Shown one piece after another: positions 21,439 through 30,071 of a stretch of DNA of 64,000 nucleotides (position 1 is the first letter of the stretch; each line of letters begins with the position of its first letter). The stretch lies in the NCBI GenBank assembly GCA_049322915.1, contig JBMOPW010000016.1, positions 167,971-231,970 on the forward strand, given 5' to 3'. A program made the position numbers and the translations under genes. The DNA is from Candidatus Zhuqueibacterota bacterium (lineage in GTDB: Bacteria; Zhuqueibacterota; Zhuqueibacteria; Thermofontimicrobiales; Thermofontimicrobiaceae). The notes beneath the pieces were generated by a model, which had not been told where the DNA came from, ran no database searches, and worked only from the letters and a program-made list of their open reading frames with translations.

Positions 21439-21579
21439 ATGAAATTAATTAATTTTTTAATAATATTAATTTATATCTTTTCCTCCAGTGCAATTTTTTC
21501 TCAGTCACAGATTGAGGGAGAAATTATTTTAGGCGCTGATGGTACGGGTAGTAATGGCTGGGTAACGGATCGATCTTAA
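21439..21579 (+). pseudogene. Truncated paralog of the 18824-20038 secreted protein (46 aa remnant)
   Basis: GGGGGTGA RBS. MKLINFLIILIYIFSSSAIFSQSQIEGEIILGADGTGSNGWVTDRS* resembles ...FAQRLVQGEIILSAVGINENENWYADF and sits in the equivalent position. Confidence 0.7.
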
Positions 21580-21646
21580 TATTTGAAAGAAAATTAGGTC
21601 CGCACAAATGCACCGAAGAATCATTTACCATAGGCATAATCAGCGC

Positions 21647-21683
21647 GGAACGTCCGCATTCCATGATATGATTTGAAGTATAC
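21647..21683 (+). repeat. 37-bp imperfect direct repeat, right copy (island boundary)
   Basis: GGAACGTCCGCATTCCATGATATGATTTGAAGTATAC; partner of 17416-17452. Confidence 0.85.
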
Positions 21684-21758
21684 GTGGCTATTATTTTCGA
21701 CTTCTTTGGAAAAAATTAAAATCAAGATTAGGGGATTTCATCAGGGAGTTACAAGACA

Positions 21759-22991
21759 ATGCAAAAATCTTTGAAGGAAGAAGTGAAGTACCTGGAGGGA
21801 AAACTGGATAAAAATCCGACCTCCATTCTTTTCGCGCGTCTGGCGGATATGTATCTTCAATCAGATCGGCTGGAGGATGCCATCACAATGTGCGAAAAGG
21901 GGATCAAAAAGTACCCGTACTATGTGACGGGCCACTATATCCTGGGCAAATGTTATCTCCGGAAAAAGCTATTCGATCAGGCAGAGAAGGAGCTGAAACG
22001 CGTTTTGCTTTTCGATCCAAAATATATTGCAGCGCATCGCGACTACGGCGAATTGATGGCGCAGATTGGCTGGAACAACACGTGTGAAATGAGCTATGAG
22101 GAGATTTTACGAATCGATCCTTTCAACGATAAAGCCCGGCAGCGATTGGAGGAATTGCGGGAACAGTTGGCCCTGACGCCGGAGCCTAAACGGGATGACA
22201 ACAATGGATTGGAATTCGATGAGGTGGAAGAAAGCATTCTCACCGGCGTCACCACGACTCTGGACGAGCCAAAGACTGCGCCGCAACCGAAGGAACCGCA
22301 GGTCGCAGATCCACTTGAAGGCTTCGGCGATTCGGATATCATGTTCGAAGATATGAATGACCATGATCCGGACGTGAATGCGAGTATCGATATTCTGGAC
22401 GATATTTTCAGCGACGAGAAGCTGGAAAATTTTGAACTGAAGGAAGTAAATTTCCCCAAACCCGAACCTGAGCGCACATTCAGGCAGGAGAGGGAGGAAG
22501 AACCGATGGACGTCGACGCGACAATTGAGACAGAACCCGCGGAATCCCCTGAGGATGACGAGGTGTTTGGTTTGGTGGCCGAAGAGCCGACCAATGGGGT
22601 CGATGACCAGAATTTCAAAGAACATGATTTCGATAAAGACCCGATGGTGCGGGAGGAATTTCATGAATTGAATGAAAATGAATTCCAGGCGATCATGGAC
22701 GATGAACCGCTGGATCACGTTGATTCCGATTCGGACAATGAATTCGAGATGTTTCCCGGCGCGTCGAATAAACGGAAATCCAGCACGCCGGCCGAAGATA
22801 GATATGCCGCGGAGAAAAAAAAGGAGAGAATCGTCACTCCCACGCTGGGCGAAATCTACGCAGCCCAGCATCAATATTCAAAGGCAATCGGGGTCTATGA
22901 AATTCTGAGGAAGAAGGATCCCAACAATCAGTTGTATATCAAAAAAATTGAGTACCTGCAGCAGAAGCTGGAGGAATCTCAGTCGGAATAA
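21759..22991 (+). CDS. Tetratricopeptide-repeat protein with long acidic linker
   Basis: N-terminal TPRs (FARLADMY...GHYILGKCY) and C-terminal VTPTLGEIYAAQHQYSKAIGVYEIL, the family normally found right after lptE. Confidence 0.85.
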   Translation: MQKSLKEEVKYLEGKLDKNPTSILFARLADMYLQSDRLEDAITMCEKGIKKYPYYVTGHYILGKCYLRKKLFDQAEKELKRVLLFDPKYIAAHRDYGELMAQIGWNNTCEMSYEEILRIDPFNDKARQRLEELREQLALTPEPKRDDNNGLEFDEVEESILTGVTTTLDEPKTAPQPKEPQVADPLEGFGDSDIMFEDMNDHDPDVNASIDILDDIFSDEKLENFELKEVNFPKPEPERTFRQEREEEPMDVDATIETEPAESPEDDEVFGLVAEEPTNGVDDQNFKEHDFDKDPMVREEFHELNENEFQAIMDDEPLDHVDSDSDNEFEMFPGASNKRKSSTPAEDRYAAEKKKERIVTPTLGEIYAAQHQYSKAIGVYEILRKKDPNNQLYIKKIEYLQQKLEESQSE

Positions 22992-23030
22992 TGAATTGCC
23001 CGCAGACAAGTCGGGGCAATGTACCGCATG

Positions 23031-23067
23031 AAAATCCCATGTACAGACCGTACATGGGATTTTTTTT
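23031..23067. terminator. Bidirectional terminator between convergent genes
   Basis: AAAATCCCATGTAC-AGACC-GTACATGGGATTTTTTT, perfect 14-bp stem. Confidence 0.85.
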
Positions 23068-24064
23068 ACAGGTCAGTGAAGCGATCAAGTTTTTTCAACA
23101 TGTGCGCCATGGACAACACGCCTTTGGCAAAATAGCGGAAGTTCAGTTTATCAATGGAATCGGTAATTTCATGATAGTGCGGATTCCTGTAAAAGGCAGT
23201 GTCGGTAATCATCGCGGCCGGGTAATTGTAATGCCAAAACGAAGAATGATCGGACAGCTCATTTCCCGGGATATGATTGTAGGTGATGAACGAACCGATA
23301 TCCAGCAGGGACGGCTCCCGCATGAACAGTGTGATCTGTTTGGTCAGCAGATCGGACTGATTATTGCCCAGCACAGCCAGGAAATTGCCGGTGCTCGGGA
23401 ATTTCTGAGCCATGCTCGAAATGGGATATTTTTGGCTTCTCTTCTTCTCCGAAAAATAGCCTAACATTTCAAAGGCAATCATGCCGACGATCTGTTCTTT
23501 CATCTCAAAACAATGCCGGGCGTAATAGCGACTCCCCATTAAATCGGTGCCGAAGTAGGGCGGCTCTTCCAGGGTGAAAGCGACGAACCGCAGCGTGCGC
23601 GAGTTCGGGTAATCATGCAGCAGGTGGATGAGTTCCAGCAGCGCCGCAATGCCCGTGGCATTGTCATCGGCGCCGGGCGATTCCAGCACAGTGTCATAAT
23701 GGGCGCCGATGATCAAAATTTCTTCCGGCCTTTCACTGCCGGGTTTCTCGAAAATGAGATTCGCCACTTCCTTTTTATCGCATTTATACGGTTGCGTCGA
23801 AAAGAGACCCTCGGCATTTTTCATTTCCCCTGAGATGTAATCGGACGCTTTGTTCAGACAGATGTAATGATTGAGATTGCGCGGCCCGATCTCTTCGGAG
23901 AGGACATGAACGTGACGATGCAGTTTCCGGCGCATGGCAAGTACATGCTTTTTGTCCAATTTATCTTCATAAAATCTTCCGAAATTCACAAAGGGTGTTT
24001 TCGGCAGAGACCAGGTCAGTTTATGAAATTTGAAGTTGTTCTGCAAAAGAAATACTGGTTTCAT
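23066..24064 (-). CDS. M28 family metallopeptidase
   Basis: IGAHYD, PGADDNATG, FTLEEPPYF, EMLGY, SDHSSF, YHEITDS. Confidence 0.92.
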   Translation of the reverse strand: MKPVFLLQNNFKFHKLTWSLPKTPFVNFGRFYEDKLDKKHVLAMRRKLHRHVHVLSEEIGPRNLNHYICLNKASDYISGEMKNAEGLFSTQPYKCDKKEVANLIFEKPGSERPEEILIIGAHYDTVLESPGADDNATGIAALLELIHLLHDYPNSRTLRFVAFTLEEPPYFGTDLMGSRYYARHCFEMKEQIVGMIAFEMLGYFSEKKRSQKYPISSMAQKFPSTGNFLAVLGNNQSDLLTKQITLFMREPSLLDIGSFITYNHIPGNELSDHSSFWHYNYPAAMITDTAFYRNPHYHEITDSIDKLNFRYFAKGVLSMAHMLKKLDRFTDL

Positions 24065-25248
24065 TCCAATGGCTTCTGATAAATGGTGTATGTTTTGGAT
24101 GGAGTCGAGCCCATCATTTCAATGATTCGGATGACCATAAAATTGTCCTCCAGCACCCAGCCCATGTCGCAGTAATCGTAGCCTTTTTTCTGCGCGTAAA
24201 TTTTTTGCTGCCATAGCATCACCCCATCCAACCCCAGCTTACGATATTTTTTCTTGACGCCCAAATACCCCAGCCGGAATCCTTTCACGCTGCCTTTGGT
24301 CAAAATCATTTTGGCCGCGCGAAGAAGTTCGCACCGCGGACACCAATGCGTTGGCACCAGCTTTTCCGTCACATTCGGCACGCCGCCGAAGAAGGCAATC
24401 GGTTCGTCTTTCCTGTACAGAAAGATGAACAGACCGTCATCCATAACGAGCTGCATATCGTCGATGATGCGGTAGAATTCATCTTTCTCAAACGGCACAA
24501 AGCCGAAATTGTCGTTCCAGGCGTCATTGTATATTTCCAGCATTTCATGTTTGCGCACTTTGAGGGGACGCTGGTTCCACGTCTCAATTTTAATGCCGTA
24601 TCGTTGAATCACTTTTTCGGCGACGCGGACCAATTTTTCCTCCATCGGCCGGTTGACTGGCACCTCCCAGGATAGTACATTTTTTATCGGCGCATAACCG
24701 GCATTTTGTAACAAATTTTCATAATAGGGTTTGTTGTAATGGTAGTACATGACCGGGCGGGATTCGAAGCCTTTGGTCAGAATGCCGGGGGTGGCTTCGT
24801 TCACCGGCAGATTTTGCGGCCCGCGAATGGTATCCATGCCTTTGGATTTCACCCAATCTTCTGCCGCATGCAGCAGCGCTCCGGCAACGTTGGCGTCGTC
24901 GATTGACTCGAACTGCCCGAAAAAACCGACGCGATCGTTCCAGTGGATATTGTGATTGTGATTGACAAATGCGTTGCAGCGCCCGACAATTGTGTCGCCG
25001 CTGAATGCAAGAAAGAATTGCATGTCCGCATGCTTGAGGAAGAGATTGTCCGGCTCGAAAAATCCTTTGATACCGATGAGCCGGAAACCGGTATATTCAT
25101 AATCCAACAGAGGTACGTAGCGAGCGTCCCGGGAATAATGCTGCCAGTGGAAATTGATGAATTTCTTCAGGAATTCTTTGTCCTGCCTGGTTTGATTGGA
25201 AAACGATACGACCTGTAAATCGGTCTGTTTAGTTTCAGCTACGGTCAT
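24061..25248 (-). CDS. YghO-like double-GNAT acyltransferase (bacterial ceramide synthase-like family)
   Basis: VGRCNAF, GFFGQFESIDD, IRGPQN, GF..RP....YNKPYY, YNDAWNDNFGFVP, LGVKKKYRKLGLD, GWVLEDN. Confidence 0.75.
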   Translation of the reverse strand: MTVAETKQTDLQVVSFSNQTRQDKEFLKKFINFHWQHYSRDARYVPLLDYEYTGFRLIGIKGFFEPDNLFLKHADMQFFLAFSGDTIVGRCNAFVNHNHNIHWNDRVGFFGQFESIDDANVAGALLHAAEDWVKSKGMDTIRGPQNLPVNEATPGILTKGFESRPVMYYHYNKPYYENLLQNAGYAPIKNVLSWEVPVNRPMEEKLVRVAEKVIQRYGIKIETWNQRPLKVRKHEMLEIYNDAWNDNFGFVPFEKDEFYRIIDDMQLVMDDGLFIFLYRKDEPIAFFGGVPNVTEKLVPTHWCPRCELLRAAKMILTKGSVKGFRLGYLGVKKKYRKLGLDGVMLWQQKIYAQKKGYDYCDMGWVLEDNFMVIRIIEMMGSTPSKTYTIYQKPLE

Positions 25249-25597
25249 AATTCCCTCCCTCATTTGAGTGTGACCATATCAAAAAAAGCGACGGCGCTGA
25301 GACCGATGAAATCAAATAACCGGGTGGCGCGTTTTCAAACGTGAATGATACTGAGCGACGGGGTTGTACCTTCCTTCTTTCCTTTTTAATAATACATCCC
25401 AAACATTCAAATTGAGTTCAGATTGTTACATCGAATCCGAAAATTGTCAGAGCCGCTGGATTCAATAACCGTTGCGAGTGAACATCCCCGACGCGACCTG
25501 CGCCCATCTCATACGATAACGAACAGCGAAGGGGGCGATGCACACGGTAAAATGCCTGTCCGAAAAGCACAGGCAGCAGAAAGCTCTGTTTCAAAAT

Positions 25598-27961
25598 CTA
25601 AAAATCCTGATGCTCTGTTCGGGAGATGATCTCTTCCTGCAATTCCCTGCCGAGGTCGACGAAGTAATCACTGTACCCGGCAACGCGCACTATCAAGTCG
25701 CGATAGAGCTGGGGATTCTTCTGAGCATCGCGCAGGGTTTTAGCGTCGACTACATTGAACTGAATATGGTGACCGTCCCATTTGAAATATGTTCGCACCA
25801 GATGCATCAGCTTCGTAATGCCGTTTTCGCCATCCAGCACCTGGGGGGAGAATTTCATGTTCAGCAAGGTCCCGCCGGTGCGGACGTGATCCATTTTTGT
25901 CACGGATTTGATGACGGCGGTCGGGCCTTTGCGATCCGCGCCCTGGACAGGGGAAATGCCTTCAGAGAGCGGCTTACCGGCCAGTCGTCCGTCCGGGGTG
26001 GCATTGACCACAGACCCGAAATAGATGTGACAGGTCGTTGGCAGCAGGTTAATGCGATAATGTCCGCCTTTGGTGTTCATGCGACCATTGACGGCCTCGT
26101 AATAGGCCTCGAAAATTTCCAGCATCAGGCTGTCGGCGTAATCATCATCGTTGCCGTAGCGGGGCGTTCTGTTGAGGAGCGTGTCGCGAATTTTTTCATG
26201 ACGGTGAAAATTATCCTCCAGCGCCTCTAACAGTTGGTGCATGGCAAAAGTTCTCGCCTCGAAAATGTGATATTTCAGAGCAGCCAATGAATCGGTGATG
26301 GTGCCAGTGCCCACGCCCTGAATGTAGGACGTGTTGTAGCGCGCGCCGCCGTTGTGATAGTCCAGTCCTCTGGCAATGCAATCGTCAATGAGCAGCGAGA
26401 GAAACGGGACCGGCATGTTGTCGGCGTAAATTCTTTCGATGATGTTATTGGCTTTGATTTTAATATTGATAAAATGGGAGAGCTGTCTTTTGTAGGCAGC
26501 GAATAGTTCGTTAAAGGATGAAAAATCGCGCGGGTCGCCGGTGGCCAATCCGATGCGTTTCCCGGTTCGGGGATCTAAGCCGTTGTGCAGCGTGATTTCG
26601 AGGACTTTCACCAGATTGAAATAGCCGGTGAGATTGTAATTTTCTTTGCCAAAAGCGCCGGTCTCGACACAGCCGCTGGTGCCGCCTTCACGCGCATCTT
26701 CCACGGACTTGCCCTGCCGGACGAGTTCCTGGATCACGGCGTCCGTGTTGAAAATTGATGGCTGCCCGAATCCATTGCGGGCGACGCGCAGCGCCTGTTT
26801 GAGAAATTTATCCGGCGTTCGTTTGCTGATTTGAACCGATGGGCTCGGCTGAATCAATCGCATCTCGTCCATCACTTCGAGGATGAGGTAGGAGACGTCG
26901 TTGACAGCGTCGGAGCCATCCGGCTTCACACCGCCGCTGTTGATCTGGGCGAAGTCGGCGTAGGTCGCGCTTTCCTCCGCCGTCACGCCCACTTTGGGCG
27001 GCGCTGGCTGATTGTTGAATTTGATCCAGAATGCCTGCAGTAATTCTTTGGCAGATTCCCTGTTCAGCAATCCCCGGGCCACGTCGTTCTGATAAAACGG
27101 GAAGAGGTGTTGATCCAGTTTGCCGGGATTGAATGAGTCCCACGGATTCAGCTCAGTGATCACGCACAGATGGACGAACCAGTAATATTGCAGCGCTTCG
27201 CGGAAACTTCGCGGTGCATGGGCCGGCACATGGGTGCATACGTCCCGGATCTGGTCCAATTCATTTTTACGGATGGGATCAGTCACTGCCCCGGCAAGTT
27301 CGGCGGCCTTTTCCGCATGCCGGCGGGCCAATGTCAGAATCGCGTCGATGGCAACATCCATGGCGCGAAGTTCTTCGCGTTTGTTATAGGCCAATGGATC
27401 ATTGAGAAAATCGAGCTGGCTCAGGGCGCGCTGTACGTCGCCGCGAAAATCGAGCATGCCCTTGTGATAAATTTTCCCGTCGAGCACCGTGTGTCCCGGC
27501 GCGCGTTGCTCCATGAATTCGGTGAAAACGCCAGACCCGAATGCCTCCTTCCAGTCCTGGCCCATTTCGGCGAATATCTTCTCCCGAATCGTCCTGCCTT
27601 TCCAGTAGGGGATGATGATGTTTTGATACTGGTCCCGCGTCGCCGCATCGACTTTGAACGGTATTTTCTCGCGTGAATTCAGGATGTCCAGGTCGGACAG
27701 GGTGTGCGCGGTGAGCTCCGGATAGGTGGGCACCGCTTTGGGCGCCGGGCCGCGCTCGCCGACTATTAATTCGCCGGGCCCGATGTAAATGGATTTGTGC
27801 TCCATGATGTATTTCAAAACCATCGCTCGCCGAACCGGCGGTGAGGCGTTTGCCGCTTGTTCGTTTTTATGAAATTCAGTGACGAGCAGTGCCCGCTCCG
27901 GACTGATGTACGGCATGGCATTGACACTCTGCTCGCGCAGTTTCTGAATGCGCACATTCAC
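25598..27961 (-). CDS. hypD: Glycyl radical enzyme, trans-4-hydroxy-L-proline dehydratase type
   Basis: GTG start after AGGAG. FTEFMEQRAPGHT, WDSF, QPAPPKVG...ESATYADF, GGTSGCVE, LTGY, LLPTTCH and the glycyl loop RVAGYS match the HypD active-site fingerprint as I recall it. Confidence 0.85.
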   Translation of the reverse strand: MNVRIQKLREQSVNAMPYISPERALLVTEFHKNEQAANASPPVRRAMVLKYIMEHKSIYIGPGELIVGERGPAPKAVPTYPELTAHTLSDLDILNSREKIPFKVDAATRDQYQNIIIPYWKGRTIREKIFAEMGQDWKEAFGSGVFTEFMEQRAPGHTVLDGKIYHKGMLDFRGDVQRALSQLDFLNDPLAYNKREELRAMDVAIDAILTLARRHAEKAAELAGAVTDPIRKNELDQIRDVCTHVPAHAPRSFREALQYYWFVHLCVITELNPWDSFNPGKLDQHLFPFYQNDVARGLLNRESAKELLQAFWIKFNNQPAPPKVGVTAEESATYADFAQINSGGVKPDGSDAVNDVSYLILEVMDEMRLIQPSPSVQISKRTPDKFLKQALRVARNGFGQPSIFNTDAVIQELVRQGKSVEDAREGGTSGCVETGAFGKENYNLTGYFNLVKVLEITLHNGLDPRTGKRIGLATGDPRDFSSFNELFAAYKRQLSHFINIKIKANNIIERIYADNMPVPFLSLLIDDCIARGLDYHNGGARYNTSYIQGVGTGTITDSLAALKYHIFEARTFAMHQLLEALEDNFHRHEKIRDTLLNRTPRYGNDDDYADSLMLEIFEAYYEAVNGRMNTKGGHYRINLLPTTCHIYFGSVVNATPDGRLAGKPLSEGISPVQGADRKGPTAVIKSVTKMDHVRTGGTLLNMKFSPQVLDGENGITKLMHLVRTYFKWDGHHIQFNVVDAKTLRDAQKNPQLYRDLIVRVAGYSDYFVDLGRELQEEIISRTEHQDF

Positions 27962-28164
27962 GAGGCGTATCTCCTGATTGACGATTTTCCTGGTTTTAAA
28001 ATGACTTCTCTCAAAGTCGAGTGAATAAGATAACTCAATGAAACGAAAAATACAAGGGAAAATATTGATCCGGAGATTGTCGGCGCCAGGTATTGAAAGC
28101 CGGCTGGTATGGCTGCATCCCGGCTGCGACTGTCCGTTTGAGTCCCCAATCAACCTCCGGGCAT

Positions 28165-29973
28165 TCACTCGGCGATAATGGATTTCACCGTCCAGGTATT
28201 GAAATCCAGAATGACTTTTTCATTGCCGTACTGAATCTCGATGATCTTGCTGCCTTTTCGGGCATTGACGAAAGGTCCCTCGAAGAGCGGCCAATTTTCA
28301 AACGTGATCGGCACTTGATTCACCAACCGGGTATTCGGATAGGCGAATTCCAGATCATCGCCACGGGAGTTGGTGTAGCTCACCCGCAAATTTTTCAGAT
28401 CCAGCCGAAGCGGATTGGCCTTGATTTGATTTTGAAATGCAGCGAACGAGGGAAATTCCGAAACACGGGCGACTTCCATGATGACGCCGGTTTTGGGACT
28501 GGTGAGAGTGAGCCGGAAATGATCCTTTTCTTCATGCCACACTCCGTTCGTCAGCGTGCGAACCGCGAAGTAGACCGAGTCCGCGCGACAGAAAATCCAG
28601 CCGCTGGCATCGGCGATTCTCTCGTCGATGATTTTCGAGAAAAAGCCATTGACATGCTGATTGCGTTCAGTCTTCGGAATCTGGTACAATGCGATGAGCG
28701 TATTTTCATGCTGGAGCACTTCCTCGAACGGCGAACCCTCGACCCACTTGTTGGGGTCCTTGTAATAGGGACGCTGTTTGATGATATTGTCCAGAATTTT
28801 CTCCGGATCGTCGTCGAAATACTTCAGCAGTTGATCGCGCGAATGGGACGGATTGATGAAGAAGCACGTGGAGCCGTCCCGCGGCGAAACCCAGGTGAGG
28901 TCCCAGCGATGGTTCTCCACAGCCGTGATGTCGCCGAAGGAGGAACCCAATGCGTAGTCTCTGGTCACGTAATCATATTTCCATATTGGGATATCGCTTG
29001 TGTTGATGCCAAATCCTCGGCGGGGCGCTTTTGTCTCCCGGTGAATGTACGGCGTCGACCGGTCCGTGGCGATATTGCCCAGAATGGCCAGCGGCCGGAA
29101 ACCCTGCACCGCAGCCAATCCGACGAAATACGGCTCGGCCAATTCAGGATGATACACAGAGTTGCCGAAAAACAGATAGCCGAACGGAATGGCCACGCCG
29201 CAATTGAGCGCCGTGTGGGTGACCTGGTCATATTTTTCCCGGCTGTGCGCGCCAATCCAGTTGCCGTTCAAATACTCAGGCGCCCAGTCAGCGATGAGAA
29301 ACTGCATGGTCATCCAGGCTTTTTGGCGCATCCGCGGGTCTGTCGCGAAGTCGTACAACGTGGTGAAGCAGATGTAATAGAGCGAATGGTAGTTCACGGA
29401 ATCAAATTCCAGTTGACCGATGGAGACAGTGCGGTCGATCCAGTCGCTGATCCAGGCTTCGGCCTCGGCTTTGCCCTGCAGCGGCGTCATGCCGTCAGCA
29501 AAGCGCGGGCCTTCCGGCCACGTTTGTCCGAACAGATACCGGGCGACGCGGTATTGCAGTTTGTGATTTTCAGTGAACCCCTTGTCTGCGCCGAAATGGG
29601 TGTGCAGCCGGTATTTCGCTTTTTCAATGAGACCCGCCGGCAACTGGTCTCCGATTCGCAACATGGCGTCCATCATGGAATAGACATTGAAACATTCCCA
29701 ATGCACAGAGTCATCGACCGCGTCCTGAAGATACTTGAGCCCGGTTCGTTTATCGATGCCGGTGTGGACTTTGACGACGCCTAAATAAATCCTCCGGCGA
29801 ACGTCATCGCCTTCCATCCAGGACTGGCCGGCGAGCGCAGCGAGAATCACCTGGCGCCTGGCTTCCAATTGCGCGTAATACTCCCTGGTCGTGGGGTACA
29901 GACCCTGGCCGCGCAGCGCGCTGTTCGTGCCTAAAAACAGAAGCAGTATCAATAACACATTTTTTCGTGACAT
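28165..29973 (-). CDS. Secreted hypothetical protein (helical N-terminal part, beta-rich C-terminal part; possibly lyase-like)
   Basis: Signal peptide, 602 aa, motifs TENHKL and EFDSVNY; no confident family. Confidence 0.75.
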   Translation of the reverse strand: MSRKNVLLILLLFLGTNSALRGQGLYPTTREYYAQLEARRQVILAALAGQSWMEGDDVRRRIYLGVVKVHTGIDKRTGLKYLQDAVDDSVHWECFNVYSMMDAMLRIGDQLPAGLIEKAKYRLHTHFGADKGFTENHKLQYRVARYLFGQTWPEGPRFADGMTPLQGKAEAEAWISDWIDRTVSIGQLEFDSVNYHSLYYICFTTLYDFATDPRMRQKAWMTMQFLIADWAPEYLNGNWIGAHSREKYDQVTHTALNCGVAIPFGYLFFGNSVYHPELAEPYFVGLAAVQGFRPLAILGNIATDRSTPYIHRETKAPRRGFGINTSDIPIWKYDYVTRDYALGSSFGDITAVENHRWDLTWVSPRDGSTCFFINPSHSRDQLLKYFDDDPEKILDNIIKQRPYYKDPNKWVEGSPFEEVLQHENTLIALYQIPKTERNQHVNGFFSKIIDERIADASGWIFCRADSVYFAVRTLTNGVWHEEKDHFRLTLTSPKTGVIMEVARVSEFPSFAAFQNQIKANPLRLDLKNLRVSYTNSRGDDLEFAYPNTRLVNQVPITFENWPLFEGPFVNARKGSKIIEIQYGNEKVILDFNTWTVKSIIAE

Positions 29974-30071
29974 ACGGCATCCTTTTCATAATCAACTTCT
30001 GAGGAAATCATTCGCGACATGCTCACTGGCCGATGCTGTGCCTGAAGTAAAAAGCAATACCATGTCGGCGA

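Noticed and set aside
17416..21683. Integron cassette array, CRISPR or diversity-generating retroelement interpretation of the repeats
   Set aside because: No attC-like inverted cores, no regular repeat-spacer pattern, no integrase or reverse transcriptase, and the differences are not adenine-specific.
27962..28168. 69-aa N-terminal extension of the glycyl radical enzyme in the ORF track
   Set aside because: Homology and an AGGAG RBS support the GTG start at 27961; the extension is AT-rich promoter-like sequence.
28093..29784. 563-aa plus-strand ORF
   Set aside because: Antisense shadow of the signal-peptide-bearing 28165-29973 gene; no motifs, atypical composition.
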